Source: Alphaproteobacteria bacterium
Lineage (GTDB): Bacteria > Pseudomonadota > Alphaproteobacteria > JANQMY01
Reading direction: 5' to 3'
Length of the DNA stretch: 64,000 nt
Assembly (NCBI GenBank): GCA_028289425.1
Contig: JANQPL010000009.1
Span: 324,961 to 388,960 of the forward strand
The notes beneath the pieces were generated by a model. The model was not told the DNA's origin and ran no database searches. It was given only the letters and a program-made list of their open reading frames with translations. Below are positions 19,809 through 29,433 of this stretch, in pieces; the first letter of the stretch is position 1; each line of letters begins with the position of its first letter. The translations under genes were made by a program, and so were the position numbers.

Positions 19809-20825
19809 ATGACAGACAAAGAATTTGGCAAAGCATGGATCGACCTCGCCCAACCCAGGCTGGGCACCGAGGTCGTCCATGCCACCGACGATTTTTTTGC
19901 GCCCAAAGAGCGCTTGATATCTCCAGAGTCACCGATCTTCGTTCCCGACAAGTTTGATGACCACGGTAAATGGATGGACGGGTGGGAAAGCCGGCGGCGC
20001 CGCGGCGGCGGTTATGATTATTGCGTGATCCGTTTGGGATGCCGCGGTATCGTCAAAGGCATTGATATCGACACGAGCCATTTCACCGGAAACTACCCAC
20101 CGGAAGCTTCGATCGAAATGTGCGTGTCAGATCGTTATAATCCTGATACGGAGGATATTTGGTATCCGCTGGTGGAAAGACGGCCCCTCGGCGGTAACTC
20201 GCACCACTTGATCGGTGTGGATAGTCAATCGCCGATCAGCCATTTGCGCCTAAACATCTTCCCCGATGGCGGCGTTGCGCGGCTGCGGGTGTTTGGGGTG
20301 ATCACGCCGGACTGGCACCAAGTCCCCCCTGGCGAGGCCATCGATCTAGCGGCGATGGTCCATGGCGGGCGGCCGATTGCGTGTAATGACGAACATTTTG
20401 GATCGCTTGCCAATCTCATCGCCCCCGGCAAGGGCATCAATATGGGGGATGGCTGGGAGACGCGGCGGCGGCGGGAACCGGGCCACGATTGGGGCATCCT
20501 TGCGCTTGGCGCCCCCGGCATCATCGAACAAGTCCTGATCGACACGGCGTATTTTAAAGGCAATTATCCCGACCGTTTCTACCTACAAGGTATGTTCGTA
20601 GAAGGTGATCCCGCAAAAATCGATCTCAAGGCGGCGGAAGAATGGCCAGTACTTCTCGAGGAACAGAAGCTTGAAATGGATCGGGAACACTTGTTCAGCA
20701 CACAGATTAACAGGCACGCGCCGATCAACGCGGTACGCCTCAACATCATTCCCGACGGCGGCGTGAGCCGGTTGAGGCTGTTCGGCCGCAGAGTTGACAC
20801 CGCGAAGAGCGCGACGCCCCCCTAG
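19809..20825 (+). CDS. alc: allantoicase
   Basis: Two internal allantoicase repeats each carry an ETRRRR motif (WESRRRRGGGYDYC and WETRRRREPGHDW). Confidence 0.8.
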   Translation: MTDKEFGKAWIDLAQPRLGTEVVHATDDFFAPKERLISPESPIFVPDKFDDHGKWMDGWESRRRRGGGYDYCVIRLGCRGIVKGIDIDTSHFTGNYPPEASIEMCVSDRYNPDTEDIWYPLVERRPLGGNSHHLIGVDSQSPISHLRLNIFPDGGVARLRVFGVITPDWHQVPPGEAIDLAAMVHGGRPIACNDEHFGSLANLIAPGKGINMGDGWETRRRREPGHDWGILALGAPGIIEQVLIDTAYFKGNYPDRFYLQGMFVEGDPAKIDLKAAEEWPVLLEEQKLEMDREHLFSTQINRHAPINAVRLNIIPDGGVSRLRLFGRRVDTAKSATPP

Positions 20826-21247
20826 TCGCCGTCATATTCCTCCATGGGCAGACCACGGCGCTTCCAGCCTTGCGTAAACGTGCCGCCGACGACCCCTTCG
20901 GTCACATTAAGCGTGTTCGGCAGGCCGTTTCGTCCAAGCCGCCATTGAAGAGAGCGGGACCGCCCGCCGCTTGCGCAAATCAAAGCTATCGGTTTTTCGC
21001 GGCCGATGGTTTTGTCGATTTCGCCGATGAACGCTTCAAGCCCCCCGTCGATATACATGGACAGCAGGACCGCCCCTTTGGGGACACCCGTATCTTCCCA
21101 TTCGGACGGATCGCGAATGTCGATCAGCACGATTTCGCCCGCGGAGAGCCGGTCGAAGGCTTGTTGTGGATCGATCCGCTCGGCGGCGTCGGCCGCAATC
21201 GGGGCCCATAAGAGAGCCACCCATAAAACCGCCAATGCTTTCATCAT
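20822..21247 (-). CDS. secreted single-domain rhodanese-like sulfurtransferase
   Basis: A signal peptide (MMKALAVLWVALLWAPIAADA) precedes a rhodanese domain with the active-site loop CASGGRS. Confidence 0.55.
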   Translation of the reverse strand: MMKALAVLWVALLWAPIAADAAERIDPQQAFDRLSAGEIVLIDIRDPSEWEDTGVPKGAVLLSMYIDGGLEAFIGEIDKTIGREKPIALICASGGRSRSLQWRLGRNGLPNTLNVTEGVVGGTFTQGWKRRGLPMEEYDGD

Positions 21248-21312
21248 GGCATCACGCCTGCCGAAAAAGGGCGGACCCGGCTCAGGTGCCCGCGTCCGCC
21301 GCAATCTTGCTG

Positions 21313-21804
21313 CTATTGGGCGACCCAAGAGCCATCGGGCGCCTTGCAATAGACCTGCTCGCTGGTGCCTTGCTCGCCCGTGCCGGAATCAACCAAATGA
21401 CCGCTGGTGGTGACGCATTCCTGATCGCCGGCCGACGCTTCCGTGGGCGCCGCCGTCACTTCATAGGATTTTTCGGAGCCGTCATCGGACGTCCAGTTCA
21501 CCGTGGTCGGTTCGCCTGTGGCAACGGCTTGTTGTTCCGCATAATCCATGTGGCGCTCATCCGCCTTGGTCACGGCGCGTGCAATGAGGCAGCCGGCCGC
21601 AGCACCAGCGCCGGCGCCGATCAACGCGTTTCGGCCGCGCCGGTCGCCGCCGAAAATAGCGCCCGCAATGGCGCCGGCCGCAGCCCCCGCCGCGGCGCCT
21701 TTACCGCAGTTTCTCCACTTGCGGCCCGCTGCGTCCGCTGGCGGGATCAAAACACTTGCTGAAAATAAGGCCGCGAGGGCCACAACCCATGCCGTTCGTA
21801 ACAT
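21313..21804 (-). CDS. secreted glycine-zipper (17 kDa antigen-like) protein
   Basis: A signal peptide is followed by a GAAAGAAAGAIAGAIFGG glycine-zipper segment. I recognise no enzymatic motifs. Confidence 0.35.
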   Translation of the reverse strand: MLRTAWVVALAALFSASVLIPPADAAGRKWRNCGKGAAAGAAAGAIAGAIFGGDRRGRNALIGAGAGAAAGCLIARAVTKADERHMDYAEQQAVATGEPTTVNWTSDDGSEKSYEVTAAPTEASAGDQECVTTSGHLVDSGTGEQGTSEQVYCKAPDGSWVAQ

Positions 21805-21931
21805 TGTCAATTCTCCCAACCCCGATTGAGTTCCATGAAACTTCAGACGCCCGATACGCACCTACACAGCACAAGCTGTATAGCACATGAACGACCCCAG
21901 ATCGACGCTGCGCCGCCTTACTCTGCCACCA

Positions 21932-22411
21932 TCATCTGGTGCGCTCTGCCCAAAACCCGTCGGCTTTTTCAATGTATCCCGGAATGTCTTTTTCCCAGCG
22001 CTGCTGCGCCGAGCGGTCGAAATTGAGATAGAGCTTGCCGTCCACAACCCGCCAGACTTCCGGATCGCCGAACACCAAACTGTTTCCGGATCCAAGCGCA
22101 TAGGCGCAATGGCCGCCATATTGCGGGCGGTTGGCATCGGGATCGGAGAGAAATCGGTCGAGATTTTCCTGGCTTGCGAACGTCCAGGTCACGCCCAGAT
22201 ATTCGGTGGAGAATTGCGGATCGCCCATCTCCGGTTCCCCTAAAAAGTAGGAAACAGCGTCGTAGCCGTTGAGCGCGTATTCCCACATGGCGCCTTTGCC
22301 GCCGAAGAAGCCTTTTTCGTAATTCCAAAGCGGTTCTTCCGCGAGGGCGGCGCCGCTTGTGCCCACGACCAGCAAAATTGTCACAGCCAGTGTTCTCACA
22401 AATGCACCCAT
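21932..22411 (-). CDS. secreted YHS-domain protein
   Basis: A signal peptide precedes a YHS/TRASH-like segment (GYDAVSYF ... KLYLNF). Confidence 0.45.
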   Translation of the reverse strand: MGAFVRTLAVTILLVVGTSGAALAEEPLWNYEKGFFGGKGAMWEYALNGYDAVSYFLGEPEMGDPQFSTEYLGVTWTFASQENLDRFLSDPDANRPQYGGHCAYALGSGNSLVFGDPEVWRVVDGKLYLNFDRSAQQRWEKDIPGYIEKADGFWAERTR

Positions 22412-22517
22412 GCTAAATCTCCCAAAAATTGAACCGACCCGAACTCGCACTCGCGCACAACCGAAATTGGCTCCTCAAACCGGCCGGGCGCCTATCACCG
22501 CATAACACGGAGACACC

Positions 22518-23702
22518 ATGACCGATCTTCAAAAACGCTTGATCGACTTTATGGACAAGAACATCTACCCGAACGAGGACGCCTATCACGCGCAACTGAA
22601 TGCGGCGGACAATCGTTTTGCGGCAGTGCCCTTGATGGACGAGCTCAAGGAAAAAGCGAAATCAGAAGGGTTGTGGAACCTGTTCATGCCCAAAGAGTTC
22701 GGTGGCATGACGAACGCAGAATATGCACCGCTTGCCGAAATCATGGGCCGCGTGTTGTGGGCACCGGAAGTGTTCAATTGCAACGCGCCGGACACCGGCA
22801 ATATGGAAGTGTTCATGAAATACGGCACGGATGCGCAAAAGGAGCAGTGGCTGACACCGCTGCTCAACGGCGAGATCCGCTCAAGCTACGCCATGACCGA
22901 ACCGGATGTGGCATCCAGCGATGCCACCAATGTGAAAACATCCATCATGCGCGACGGGGACGAATACGTCATCAATGGCCGCAAATGGTTCATCACCAAC
23001 GCCATGTATGAGCGGACCAAGATCATCATCGTCATGGGGAAGTCAGATCCCGACAATGAAAACCGGCACTTACAACAAAGCCAAGTCTTGGTGCCCAAAG
23101 ATACGCCGGGCGTTAAAGTCGTCCGTCCTCTGACCACTTTAGGATATGACGATGCCCCTATCGGCCATGCGGAAGTGCATTTCGACAATGTGCGGGTGCC
23201 GGCCGAAAACATTTTGCTGGGCGAAGGACGCGGCTTCGAAATCGCTCAAGGGCGCCTTGGCCCCGGCCGCATTCACCATTGTATGCGGCTGATCGGATGC
23301 GCCCAGCGTGCGTTGGAATTGGCCTGCCACCGCGCCGAAACCCGCGAGACCTTCGGCCGCAAACTGAGCAAACATCAATCCGTACGGGAAGAAATCGCCA
23401 AGTCCTTTGCGGAAATCGAACAGGCACGGCTACTGACGCTCAAGACAGCCCAACGCATGGACGAGGTGGGGGCACAATCGGCGCGGGATTTCATTGCGGC
23501 GTCGAAAATCACCGTGCCCCTCATGGCACAAACCGTGATCGACCGGTGCATGCAGATCCATGGGGCGGGCGGTCTGTGTGGGGATTACTTCATGGCGGAA
23601 GCGTTCAACTATGCGCGCTGGTGCCGTCAGGCGGACGGCCCCGACCAAGTGCATATGATGTCGCTGGGTAAACAGGTCATCGAACGCTACGCCCACAATT
23701 AG
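22518..23702 (+). CDS. acyl-CoA dehydrogenase family protein
   Basis: 394 aa with the ACAD fold. It resembles the ACAD10/11-like subfamily ([10 protein letters not shown] ... [12 protein letters not shown]). Confidence 0.8.
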   Translation: MTDLQKRLIDFMDKNIYPNEDAYHAQLNAADNRFAAVPLMDELKEKAKSEGLWNLFMPKEFGGMTNAEYAPLAEIMGRVLWAPEVFNCNAPDTGNMEVFMKYGTDAQKEQWLTPLLNGEIRSSYAMTEPDVASSDATNVKTSIMRDGDEYVINGRKWFITNAMYERTKIIIVMGKSDPDNENRHLQQSQVLVPKDTPGVKVVRPLTTLGYDDAPIGHAEVHFDNVRVPAENILLGEGRGFEIAQGRLGPGRIHHCMRLIGCAQRALELACHRAETRETFGRKLSKHQSVREEIAKSFAEIEQARLLTLKTAQRMDEVGAQSARDFIAASKITVPLMAQTVIDRCMQIHGAGGLCGDYFMAEAFNYARWCRQADGPDQVHMMSLGKQVIERYAHN

Positions 23703-23970
23703 GTCCGACACACAACAGACAGGAATCGTCATCACGAGGAGCACATGCGCGACGAAGTGATCCAGGAACCTCTCGGACAGAGCCTGTTGCACTGGACTGC
23801 TTCGCTTCGCTCGCAGTGACGAAACGTTTCCCTGCACACCTCTAAACGCCGGCCTCGTCAAGGTCGGCTATGTCAAAGAGCGGCTCCCCTCGCCCGGGAG
23901 GTCCCTCTTCTACGATGCCACAAAGGCATCAGACGAATTTCCTCTCCTTCGAGACGCGCGTTTCACGCGC

Positions 23971-24014
23971 CCTCAGGATGAGGAAATTCTATTGCTCCAC
24001 CCCTCATCCTGAGG
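23971..24014. terminator. 13-bp-stem hairpin (CCTCAGGATGAGG ... CCTCATCCTGAGG) between convergent genes
   Basis: A perfect inverted repeat is seen directly, lying between the 3' ends of the acyl-CoA dehydrogenase and monooxygenase genes. Confidence 0.35.
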
Positions 24015-24054
24015 AGGCTGCGTCAGCAGCCGTCTCGAAGGATGAGAGCCAAAT

Positions 24055-25560
24055 CTACTCTGCGGCCACCCGGTGGCCAAGCGGTTCGGTGGACACAGCC
24101 ACGATTTTCGGCGGCGACGTGAACTCCATCCCGTCTTCCAGCGACCCATATTTCAAAGTCATGGTGTCAAGCGCGTAGTTCTGCGGCAGCTTCCACGGAT
24201 TCTTCGATCCCTGTTTCGGGAACAAATGCATGGAGCGCTGAATATAGCCCGACGAGAAATCGACCCATGGCGCTTCGGTCACGTCCGGATCCGTTAGGCG
24301 CGGCGTACACTGAGAATGTCCGTGCGCATCCATATGATTGATCAGCCGGCAGACATAGCTGCAAGTGAGATCGCTGCGCAGCGTCCAGGACGCATTGGTG
24401 TATCCGAAGGACGACGCCAGATTCGGCACATCCGTATACATCATGCCTTTGTAGTACATGGTGTCGGACAAATTGACTTTGCGACCGTCCACGAAAATCT
24501 CCGCGCCGCCCACCACCTGCAAGGCAAGGCCGGTGGCCGTGACGATCAGATCTGCCTCCAGCTCTTCGCCGGACTTTAGCTTGATGCCATTCTCCGTAAA
24601 CGTCTCGATGTGGTCCGTGACCACAGAAGCTTGGCCTTCTTTGATCGCATCGAACAAATCGCCGTTTGGCACCAAACACAGGCGCTGATCCCACGGGTTG
24701 TAGGTGGGCGTGAAGTGGGTGCCAATATCGTAGTCTTCGCCTAATTGCTGCTGCACGCCGTCCAGAATCATCTTCTTGACCTTTTCCGGATTGCGCTTGC
24801 AGAGATTGTAGAAATACATCCCCATCAGCACGTTCTTCCAGCGGGTAATGCCGTAAGAGATCTTTGACGACACGTTTTCGCGCAGCCAATTGGCGATTGC
24901 GTCTTCTTGTGGGCGCGACACCACATAAGTGGGGGATCGCTGCAGCATGGTGACGTGGGCGGCGTCCTTCGCCATCTCCGGGACCAACGTCACGGCTGTC
25001 GCGCCACTGCCGATGACAACAACTTTCTTGCCCTTGTAATCGATGTCTTCCGTCCAGAATTGCGGGTGGACGACGCGGCCCTGGAATTTGTCCGCCCCCG
25101 GAAAATCAGGCGTATAGCCTTCGTCGTATTTGTAGTAGCCCGAACACATGAAAAGGAAGTTGCAGCTTAACTGGGTCACTTCCTTCGTTTCGGGGTGTTC
25201 CACGTCGACGGTCCAAGTGCTGTCTTCGGTCGACCAGGACGCACGCTTGACCATCGAGTTAAAGCGGATGTGCTTGTCGATGCCGTATTCTTCCGCCGTC
25301 TCTCGCAAATACTTCAGAATGGACGGGCCGTCGGCAATGGCCTTGGCGTCTGTCCACGGACGGAACGAAAAGCCCAGCGTATGCATGTCACTGTCGGAGC
25401 GAATGCCCGGATAACGGAACAGATCCCAAGTGCCGCCGATATCGTGGCGCCCTTCAAGGATCGCATAGGTTTTGTCGGGACATTTGGACTGCAGATGATA
25501 GCCCGCGCCAATGCCGGAAATGCCGGCGCCAACCACCAATACGTCGAAATGTTCAGCCAT
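24055..25560 (-). CDS. flavin-containing / Baeyer-Villiger-type monooxygenase (class B)
   Basis: Carries the VLVVGAGISGIGAGY FAD motif and the FxGxxxHxxxW-like fingerprint (FRYPGIRSDSDMHT), plus a second GSGATAV dinucleotide motif. The start is trimmed to MAEHFD. Confidence 0.75.
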   Translation of the reverse strand: MAEHFDVLVVGAGISGIGAGYHLQSKCPDKTYAILEGRHDIGGTWDLFRYPGIRSDSDMHTLGFSFRPWTDAKAIADGPSILKYLRETAEEYGIDKHIRFNSMVKRASWSTEDSTWTVDVEHPETKEVTQLSCNFLFMCSGYYKYDEGYTPDFPGADKFQGRVVHPQFWTEDIDYKGKKVVVIGSGATAVTLVPEMAKDAAHVTMLQRSPTYVVSRPQEDAIANWLRENVSSKISYGITRWKNVLMGMYFYNLCKRNPEKVKKMILDGVQQQLGEDYDIGTHFTPTYNPWDQRLCLVPNGDLFDAIKEGQASVVTDHIETFTENGIKLKSGEELEADLIVTATGLALQVVGGAEIFVDGRKVNLSDTMYYKGMMYTDVPNLASSFGYTNASWTLRSDLTCSYVCRLINHMDAHGHSQCTPRLTDPDVTEAPWVDFSSGYIQRSMHLFPKQGSKNPWKLPQNYALDTMTLKYGSLEDGMEFTSPPKIVAVSTEPLGHRVAAE

Positions 25561-25743
25561 GGATGATCCGCCCTTCCAACTTCTTTGCATCTGTAAGGCG
25601 CAATGCGTTCGAGCCATATAGGCCGCTTCTTAAGAAAGCATAGCGTGATTCTGACAAATTGTCAGTTTCTAATTTGGGACCATAGTCTGCATTTTTCAAG
25701 ACGTCAACAAAACTGACGCCGGCGTCATTTGTTAAATGATACC

Positions 25744-25818
25744 CGGCCGCCCACTCCCCCGGCCCAACCACCCGATAAGGGTACCCTTGGGGTGGTTGGG
25801 CCGGGGGAGTGGGCCGGC
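25744..25818. repeat. long near-perfect palindromic element (~29-bp stem, AAGGGTACCCTT-centred loop), copy 1
   Basis: GGCCGCCCACTCCCCCGGCCCAACCACCC ... GGGTGGTTGGGCCGGGGGAGTGGGCCGGCC. It shares the CCAACCACCC core and loop with the element at 57708-57779. Confidence 0.6.
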
Positions 25819-26100
25819 CTGGACCCTTCTTAGGTACCAAATAGATGGGTGCATGGGGTTCATCCCAATTTTCACATTCACCCCCCTCTCTTCCCCACGA
25901 AAAAAGGACCCGACTGGGTCCTTGGACGAGATTCGATCTGCTGTCACGCTGTCTCAAATTGGAACACTCTTCTCCTTGCCTCATGACCATTAGCGCCTGG
26001 CTGCATAGCATCATACATCACATCAGTATTTTTGTCCCAAGACGCCGGCGGCACTTAGGCGATCGATTTCGGCTCGTGATAGGTCGAATTCAGGCATTTC

Positions 26101-26174
26101 GGTGACAGTGCACTAAATAGTCCATTTCTACGGGTTGGGCGAAAACACACATGGCTATTTAGTGCACTGTCACC
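26101..26174. repeat. REP-like inverted doublet (GGTGACAGTGCACT / AGTGCACTGTCACC) flanking the Y1 transposase gene
   Basis: A perfect 20-bp inverted repeat GGTGACAGTGCACTAAATAG / CTATTTAGTGCACTGTCACC. The same 15-mer recurs at 26903-26917 on the other side of the transposase gene. Confidence 0.6.
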
Positions 26175-26190
26175 GGAATCAAATCCGAAA

Positions 26191-26865
26191 TCACCGAAAT
26201 GGGTCGGTCTTGAGCTTTGGCCCCCGCTTCGCCGGCCTTAACACGCGACCGGTTTGGCGTTCGAGCTTCTTTAAGAACGCTTGATCGCCCAATGGCCGGC
26301 CAGTGGACTCCGCACGCCGCAGCGCCATCGAGAGGTCTGCGTCCTCACCTTGCTCAATTAGTGCTGCAAAGTTTGGGTATCGCTCACGGATTGGCGCTGT
26401 ATCCGTCAGTATACCTCGGCGCTTGCGCGATAATTGCTCATGCACACTCGACCAACGCCAGTCCACCGCACGCTTGACAAGGCGTGCCCGCACGGGATTC
26501 AGAGCGATGTAGCGTAACGCCGCCACTAAATGCGCTTCATCCATTGCCACACAGCCAAACCGCCCTTGCCAAAAATGACCTGTCCGCTGCATCCGCGCAT
26601 GAATGTACCCCGCATAGCGCCGATGCACCTTGGAAAGCGCCCGGCGAATGCCGTCGGAGTCGCGGGGCGTAAGGATCAAATGCACATGGTTTGGCATAAG
26701 CACCCAGGCCCAAATACTCACCTCAGCCGCAGCGCAGTGTTCGCTTAGCAAATCGAGATAGAGCTGATAGTCATCATTCTTGAAGAATGTCTGCGCTCGG
26801 CCGTTCCCCAGTTGTGTGACGTGGTGGGGCAGATTGGGAATCACAATGCGTGCTAGGCGGGCCAT
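26191..26865 (-). CDS. REP-associated tyrosine transposase (RAYT, IS200-like Y1 HuH transposase)
   Basis: Carries the HuH motif MPNHVHLIL and the conserved tyrosine region (ALRYIALNP). It is flanked by REP-like repeats. Confidence 0.75.
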   Translation of the reverse strand: MARLARIVIPNLPHHVTQLGNGRAQTFFKNDDYQLYLDLLSEHCAAAEVSIWAWVLMPNHVHLILTPRDSDGIRRALSKVHRRYAGYIHARMQRTGHFWQGRFGCVAMDEAHLVAALRYIALNPVRARLVKRAVDWRWSSVHEQLSRKRRGILTDTAPIRERYPNFAALIEQGEDADLSMALRRAESTGRPLGDQAFLKKLERQTGRVLRPAKRGPKLKTDPFR

Positions 26866-26902
26866 GGCGCACCACAATCCCAAAGCTCAATTTGATCAAC
26901 AA

Positions 26903-26917
26903 AGTGCACTGTCACCG
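26903..26917. repeat. REP-like copy (AGTGCACTGTCACCG) on the distal side of the RAYT gene
   Basis: An exact match to the 26161-26175 copy. Confidence 0.55.
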
Positions 26918-26941
26918 AATTTAGATTCGTTTTCCTGATCA

Positions 26942-27493
26942 TCACTTCTCCACCGTCAGCGCGATCATCCTGTCCTGGAACTCCTCTCGGGACAGGCCGA
27001 GCAGCTTCTGGTCCATATCCACAACCGTGGCCGCAATGAACAGATAGGCGCGAAGGCGGGCTTCTTTGGGTGCAAAGCCGAGATCTGAGAACACATCGGT
27101 CAAGAATTCCATTGATGCCTTGTCGAGTTTGCGAACCGAAGACGCCGCGGCTTTGTTGCTCTTCGCCCAGGCGCGCATGGCGATCATCAATTTGCGCCCA
27201 TCATTCTTGAGCACGATTTTGGCGAGTTCCGTCATGCGGGTGAGCGGATTATCGGTCGCTTGCCGTTGCGCTTGCTGAAAATAAGCAATCATTTGTTCGT
27301 TCGAGAAATAATCCGCTAACGCGTTCAGATAATCGTCCAGGTCTTGGAAGTGGTGATAGAAGCTTCCCTTCGAAACGCCCAAGGATTCCGTCAGCGCGCG
27401 GATGCTGACGCCTTCTATGCCATTGTCGCGCAGCAGAGCCTGGCCTTCGTCCAGCCAATCGTTTCGCGTTAGTCCCGTTCCCAAGCGGCTCAT
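26942..27493 (-). CDS. TetR family transcriptional regulator
   Basis: N-terminal HTH (SIRALTESLGVSKGSFYHHF). Confidence 0.75.
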   Translation of the reverse strand: MSRLGTGLTRNDWLDEGQALLRDNGIEGVSIRALTESLGVSKGSFYHHFQDLDDYLNALADYFSNEQMIAYFQQAQRQATDNPLTRMTELAKIVLKNDGRKLMIAMRAWAKSNKAAASSVRKLDKASMEFLTDVFSDLGFAPKEARLRAYLFIAATVVDMDQKLLGLSREEFQDRMIALTVEK

Positions 27494-27571
27494 CGCCTGC
27501 TGCCCTATGTAACGATATCTTGCTTACCCAAAACATACCTTATAGTATGTTTTGAAAGAAAGGAATATGTC

Positions 27572-28741
27572 ATGGGCGCCCAGTCATCCGCAGGCAAATT
27601 TGTGCAACAAGCGCGCGAACTCGCGCCCTTGTTGCGGGAAACCGCGCGAGAAGCGGAATTGGCCCGCCAACCGCTGGACCGGGTGATCGATGCGGTGCGG
27701 GAAACGGATCTGTTTTCCATGATGACGCCCAAATACTATGGCGGCCACGAAGCGGACATTGATGACTTTTTCGAAGTGAGCCTTATCCTCTCGGAGGCCG
27801 ACACGTCCATGGGCTGGCTCATCGGCTTTTACATCGAACACTGTTTTTGGTTCTGCCACTACCCGAAATCCGTTCAAGACGAGATCTTCGGCGACAACAA
27901 TTATGCCCTGGCGCCGGGCGCCTTGTCGGTCGCGGGTGGCAAAGCGACACCCGTCGACGGCGGCTATCGCCTGAGCGGCCAATGGCAGTGGGGCACGGGT
28001 ATTGTGCATGCAACATGGGTCATGGCAGGCGCGTTGCTGGACAAGGGCGGCGGCACTATCGTGCCCATGTTCTTCGTGCTGCCCCGCGAGGAAACGGAAA
28101 CAATCGACACCTGGCACATGGCGGGCATGTGCGCCACGGGCAGCCATGATTTCAAAATCGACGATGTGTTCGTGCCGGAAGAGCGGGCGCGCCCCTTTGT
28201 CGACCTGCTCACTTTGAACACGGGCATTTCCAAGTTGTATGACGCACCCTTATACCGTACGCCGATGCTGCCCATTTTGGCGATCGCGGCAGGCACGCCG
28301 TGTTTAGGGGCCGCGAAACGCGCCGTCGCCGAATTCAAAGAACAATCCAAGCAGAAACTCGACATGAGCACGGGCAAGGTGCGGTCCGAAAACCCCTCGC
28401 GTCAGGTGACCGCCGCCCATGCCGCGCTAGAGGTGGAGATGGCCGAAAGCATGATGCGGTCTGTGGTGGCAGATGTGATGGAACAGCGGATCGATGCGCC
28501 AATTGCCACCCGCGCGGCCTGGCTTGCGCGCATGACGCACGCGGTCGCTACCTGCCGCGCCGCCATCAATAAGATCTGCGAAGCGTCCGGCGCGGGCTCC
28601 AACAATCTGGCCAATCCGCTGCAGCGCTGCTTGCGCGACGTGAACACAGCAGCCAACCACGTGGTCTTTGACCGGGACAGCCGCTATCGTGATTTCGGCC
28701 GCACTTTGGTGGATATGGACCCCACCAGCGCCCTACTTTGA
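27572..28741 (+). CDS. flavin-dependent monooxygenase, oxygenase component (acyl-CoA dehydrogenase-like fold, HsaA/C2-hydroxylase type)
   Basis: 389 aa of the group-D flavin monooxygenase family. It is followed by a flavin reductase-like gene. Confidence 0.6.
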   Translation: MGAQSSAGKFVQQARELAPLLRETAREAELARQPLDRVIDAVRETDLFSMMTPKYYGGHEADIDDFFEVSLILSEADTSMGWLIGFYIEHCFWFCHYPKSVQDEIFGDNNYALAPGALSVAGGKATPVDGGYRLSGQWQWGTGIVHATWVMAGALLDKGGGTIVPMFFVLPREETETIDTWHMAGMCATGSHDFKIDDVFVPEERARPFVDLLTLNTGISKLYDAPLYRTPMLPILAIAAGTPCLGAAKRAVAEFKEQSKQKLDMSTGKVRSENPSRQVTAAHAALEVEMAESMMRSVVADVMEQRIDAPIATRAAWLARMTHAVATCRAAINKICEASGAGSNNLANPLQRCLRDVNTAANHVVFDRDSRYRDFGRTLVDMDPTSALL

Positions 28742-28765
28742 TAAGCAGTATGACGGAAACCCATT

Positions 28766-29416
28766 ATGACCAAACTTTTGTATCTGGAAGCCAGTCCGCG
28801 TAAGGAACATTCTTACTCCTCTCGCGTGGCACGCGCTTTTTTGGATGCGTACAAAAATGTAAATCCGGAACACGAGATCGAACACTTTCCGTTGTTCGAT
28901 GTGGAATTGCCGCCGTTCGCGGCCGAAGGCGCCAATCAAAAAATGGCCGCCATTATGGACATGATGCAAGGCGGCAGCGGCATTGAAGAAGCGGGCGAAT
29001 GGGCCGGCGTCATGCAAGAGATCCGGCGTCTTGAAAGCGCGGATAAAGTGCTGTTGTCATCGCCCATCTGGAATTACTCGCTGCCCTATCGCCTCAAACA
29101 CTGGATCGATTTGGTGGTGCAGGTGGGGACGACCGTGAAGGTCAACGAGAAGTTTGAATATATCGGGCAGGTTACCGGGCGCCCCCTGCAGATGATAATT
29201 GCCAGCGGCAGTCCTTACGAAGACCGTTTTCCGCTGGAAACGGACGGGACAAAGACCGACTTCATGCGGTCTTATGTGGATCATATCTTCAGGTTTATCG
29301 GCTTTACCGACATTCGCACCTTGCGCGTGATGCCCACCGGCATTCCCGGGCCGGACACAGAGGCCATGGTCGAACGCTGCGAGGCGCAAGCGCGGGAAGC
29401 GGCGGCAAACTTTTAG
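28766..29416 (+). CDS. azoR: FMN-dependent NADH-azoreductase / NAD(P)H quinone oxidoreductase (flavodoxin-like)
   Basis: MTKLLYLEASPR ... LSSPIWNYSLP is typical of the AzoR/ACP-phosphodiesterase family. Confidence 0.7.
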   Translation: MTKLLYLEASPRKEHSYSSRVARAFLDAYKNVNPEHEIEHFPLFDVELPPFAAEGANQKMAAIMDMMQGGSGIEEAGEWAGVMQEIRRLESADKVLLSSPIWNYSLPYRLKHWIDLVVQVGTTVKVNEKFEYIGQVTGRPLQMIIASGSPYEDRFPLETDGTKTDFMRSYVDHIFRFIGFTDIRTLRVMPTGIPGPDTEAMVERCEAQAREAAANF

Positions 29417-29433
29417 GCAATTACAAGCGTTCG

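Noticed and set aside
25553-26014. 153-aa minus-strand ORF spanning the palindromic element
   Set aside because: It runs straight through the ~29-bp-stem palindrome and has a low-complexity Pro/Gly-rich translation with no recognisable domain. It is most likely a non-coding repeat region.
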